Assembly: GCA_036389315.1 (NCBI GenBank)
Contig: DASVQF010000028.1
Coordinates: 7,429-31,428, forward strand
Origin: Pyrinomonadaceae bacterium
Lineage (GTDB): Bacteria > Acidobacteriota > Blastocatellia > Pyrinomonadales > Pyrinomonadaceae
DNA: 24,000 bases
Reading direction: 5' to 3'
Positions 22,776-24,000 of the stretch are shown in pieces (the first letter of the stretch is position 1; the number at the start of each line of letters is the position of its first letter). The notes below the pieces were generated by a model. The model was not told where the DNA came from. It did not search any database and saw only the letters and a program-made list of their open reading frames with translations. The position numbers and the translations under genes were made by a program.

Positions 22776-23384
22776 TCAAAGAAAACGGGGCGCGAGAAAG
22801 ATCAACACGTAGCACGGAACCCAGATGCCGACGATGAAATACCAGTAGAGCGCGTTGTCGGTCGCGTCCACCAAGTACTTCGGCTCCGTATGGCCCATGA
22901 AGAGGAGCACCGTGATGACGATTGTCTCTACAACTTCCGATACCAGATGAAACGTGTGTATGACGATGATCGTCCAGAGAATTGAGCCGTAGGCGTTCGT
23001 GTCCCAGTAAACGTTCAGCGCCTTGAACTCGAAGAACCTGAGCGTCACGAAAGCCATGCCGAACAGGTCGCATACGACGTGCCAGAAGCGCACCGAAGAC
23101 ACGTCCAATCTTCTGGCCGCGCGGCTTAAAAGGTACATCGGCGCGATGCTCAGGAGCAGGACGAAGAGGTTGACAGTCGGGATGCCAACGTCGGGCATCA
23201 TGGTCGGCGGCGGAGGCCACTGGTAGGCGCGGTCGCGCAAGTAGAAATAGGTGACGAAGCAGAGCGCGAGCATCGTCCCCTCGATGGCCAGGAAGCCCCA
23301 CACGGCCCACCACGTCACGGCGCGGCTGCCGAAGGCGAAATGCGGCAGGCCCGACACGTCCAGGTCTCTTCTTCTGCTGCTCAT
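22776..23384 (-). CDS. Cytochrome c oxidase subunit III family protein
   Basis: Five-helix pattern. FGSRAVTWWAVWGFLAIEGTMLALCFVTYFYLR...HVVCDLFGMAFV...ILWTIIVIHTFHLVSEVV...ALYWYFIVGIWV is typical of haem-copper oxidase subunit III. The ATG overlaps the cox I stop as ATGA. Confidence 0.85.
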   Translation of the reverse strand: MSSRRRDLDVSGLPHFAFGSRAVTWWAVWGFLAIEGTMLALCFVTYFYLRDRAYQWPPPPTMMPDVGIPTVNLFVLLLSIAPMYLLSRAARRLDVSSVRFWHVVCDLFGMAFVTLRFFEFKALNVYWDTNAYGSILWTIIVIHTFHLVSEVVETIVITVLLFMGHTEPKYLVDATDNALYWYFIVGIWVPCYVLIFLAPRFL

Positions 23385-24000
23385 TGCGTTCTGGCCGCCT
23401 CCCGTCGGCGCTCTTCTTCCGCCATCGCGTCAACTTTCGGCCGCTCGCACACCTCGTCCTGAGCCTTGGGCCACCCCCACACCAGCAGCGCCACAAAGGC
23501 CAGGAGCATTCCGCCCGGCAGGGCCCACGGCGTAAAGATCGAGCCGATGAAGGTCGCCGTCGTCGCTAAGGTCATCAGCAGTGGGCCAATGTTGGGCCCA
23601 GGCAGAGCCAGGCGATGATCCGGCTCGGCCGTCATCGTGTAGGTGATGAGCACTTCGCGGCAATCGCTACGCAGGCCCGTGACGACGGGAGCTTCGCCCC
23701 GGCGGGCCCACAGGGCTTCGCGCCCCTGCACTACGGGCAGGCGAAAGAAGTTGTAGCTCGGCGGCGGAGACGACGTGGCCCATTCGAGCGAGTCCGCGTT
23801 CCAGGGGTTGTCGCCCGCCGCCTCTCCCGCGCGCAGGCTCCACCATGCGTTGATGATAAAGACCAGGACTCCGAGCGTGAGCACCACGCCCCCCATCGTC
23901 GCCAGCAGGTTCAAGTCTCCCCAGCCGGTCTGCGGCAGATAGGTGTAGATGCGTCGCGGCATACCTTCCAGACCGAGTATGTGCATCGGGAAAAAGGTCA
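23381..24000 (-). CDS. Cytochrome c oxidase subunit I, C-terminal part (gene continues beyond the window end)
   Basis: FFPMHILGLEGMPRRIYTY is the conserved helix X-XI region of haem-copper oxidase subunit I. The frame stays open to position 24000. There are additional C-terminal transmembrane helices and a charged tail. Confidence 0.88.
   Translation of the reverse strand, partial: TFFPMHILGLEGMPRRIYTYLPQTGWGDLNLLATMGGVVLTLGVLVFIINAWWSLRAGEAAGDNPWNADSLEWATSSPPPSYNFFRLPVVQGREALWARRGEAPVVTGLRSDCREVLITYTMTAEPDHRLALPGPNIGPLLMTLATTATFIGSIFTPWALPGGMLLAFVALLVWGWPKAQDEVCERPKVDAMAEEERRREAARTQ

Noticed and set aside
1-24000. Search for CRISPR arrays, tRNA, rRNA, tmRNA and riboswitch-like leaders.
   Set aside because: There are no regularly spaced direct repeats with unique spacers. 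I saw no cloverleaf-capable 70-90 nt segments in the intergenic regions and no rRNA-like conserved stretches. Most intergenic gaps are under 100 nt.

Overview
High-GC bacterial chromosomal window with about 30 protein-coding genes. I could not find any rRNA, tRNA, CRISPR array, integrase or transposase. Gene content hints at Acidobacteria (a TonB-dependent receptor with a carboxypeptidase-regulatory-like N-terminus, and cox/ctaG genes), but this is only an inference.

Layout:
- 66-2348: a 760-aa RyR / TPR / SLOG-like / class III nucleotide cyclase signalling protein.
- 2402-5069, minus strand: an envelope-stress type block of HtrA protease, BON-domain protein and MarR regulator.
- 5250-8881: small genes including a PilZ-like protein, infA, zinc-ribbon proteins and a secreted coiled-coil protein.
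- 8967-15804, minus strand: the most unusual region. Eight tightly packed genes encode a DUF434-like protein, SSB, a Rad52/Erf-like annealing candidate, an XPB-like helicase, a DUF790/Bax1-like nuclease, a DEDDh exonuclease, an HNH-like protein and a CoiA-like nuclease.
- 15936-17555, plus strand: a divergent unit of SWIM zinc-finger protein, small zinc-ribbon protein and SplB/PA0069-like radical SAM enzyme.
- 17607-24000, minus strand: TonB-dependent receptor, YVTN beta-propeller, cytochrome c, CtaG, small membrane protein, cox subunit III and a partial cox subunit I.

A 70-82 bp imperfect-palindromic repeat family occurs three times (2329-2399, 8885-8966, 22281-22361). Each copy exactly fills a gene junction, and two copies contribute a stop or a start codon to the neighbouring gene.

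All functional calls come from motif recognition by eye. No database search was run.
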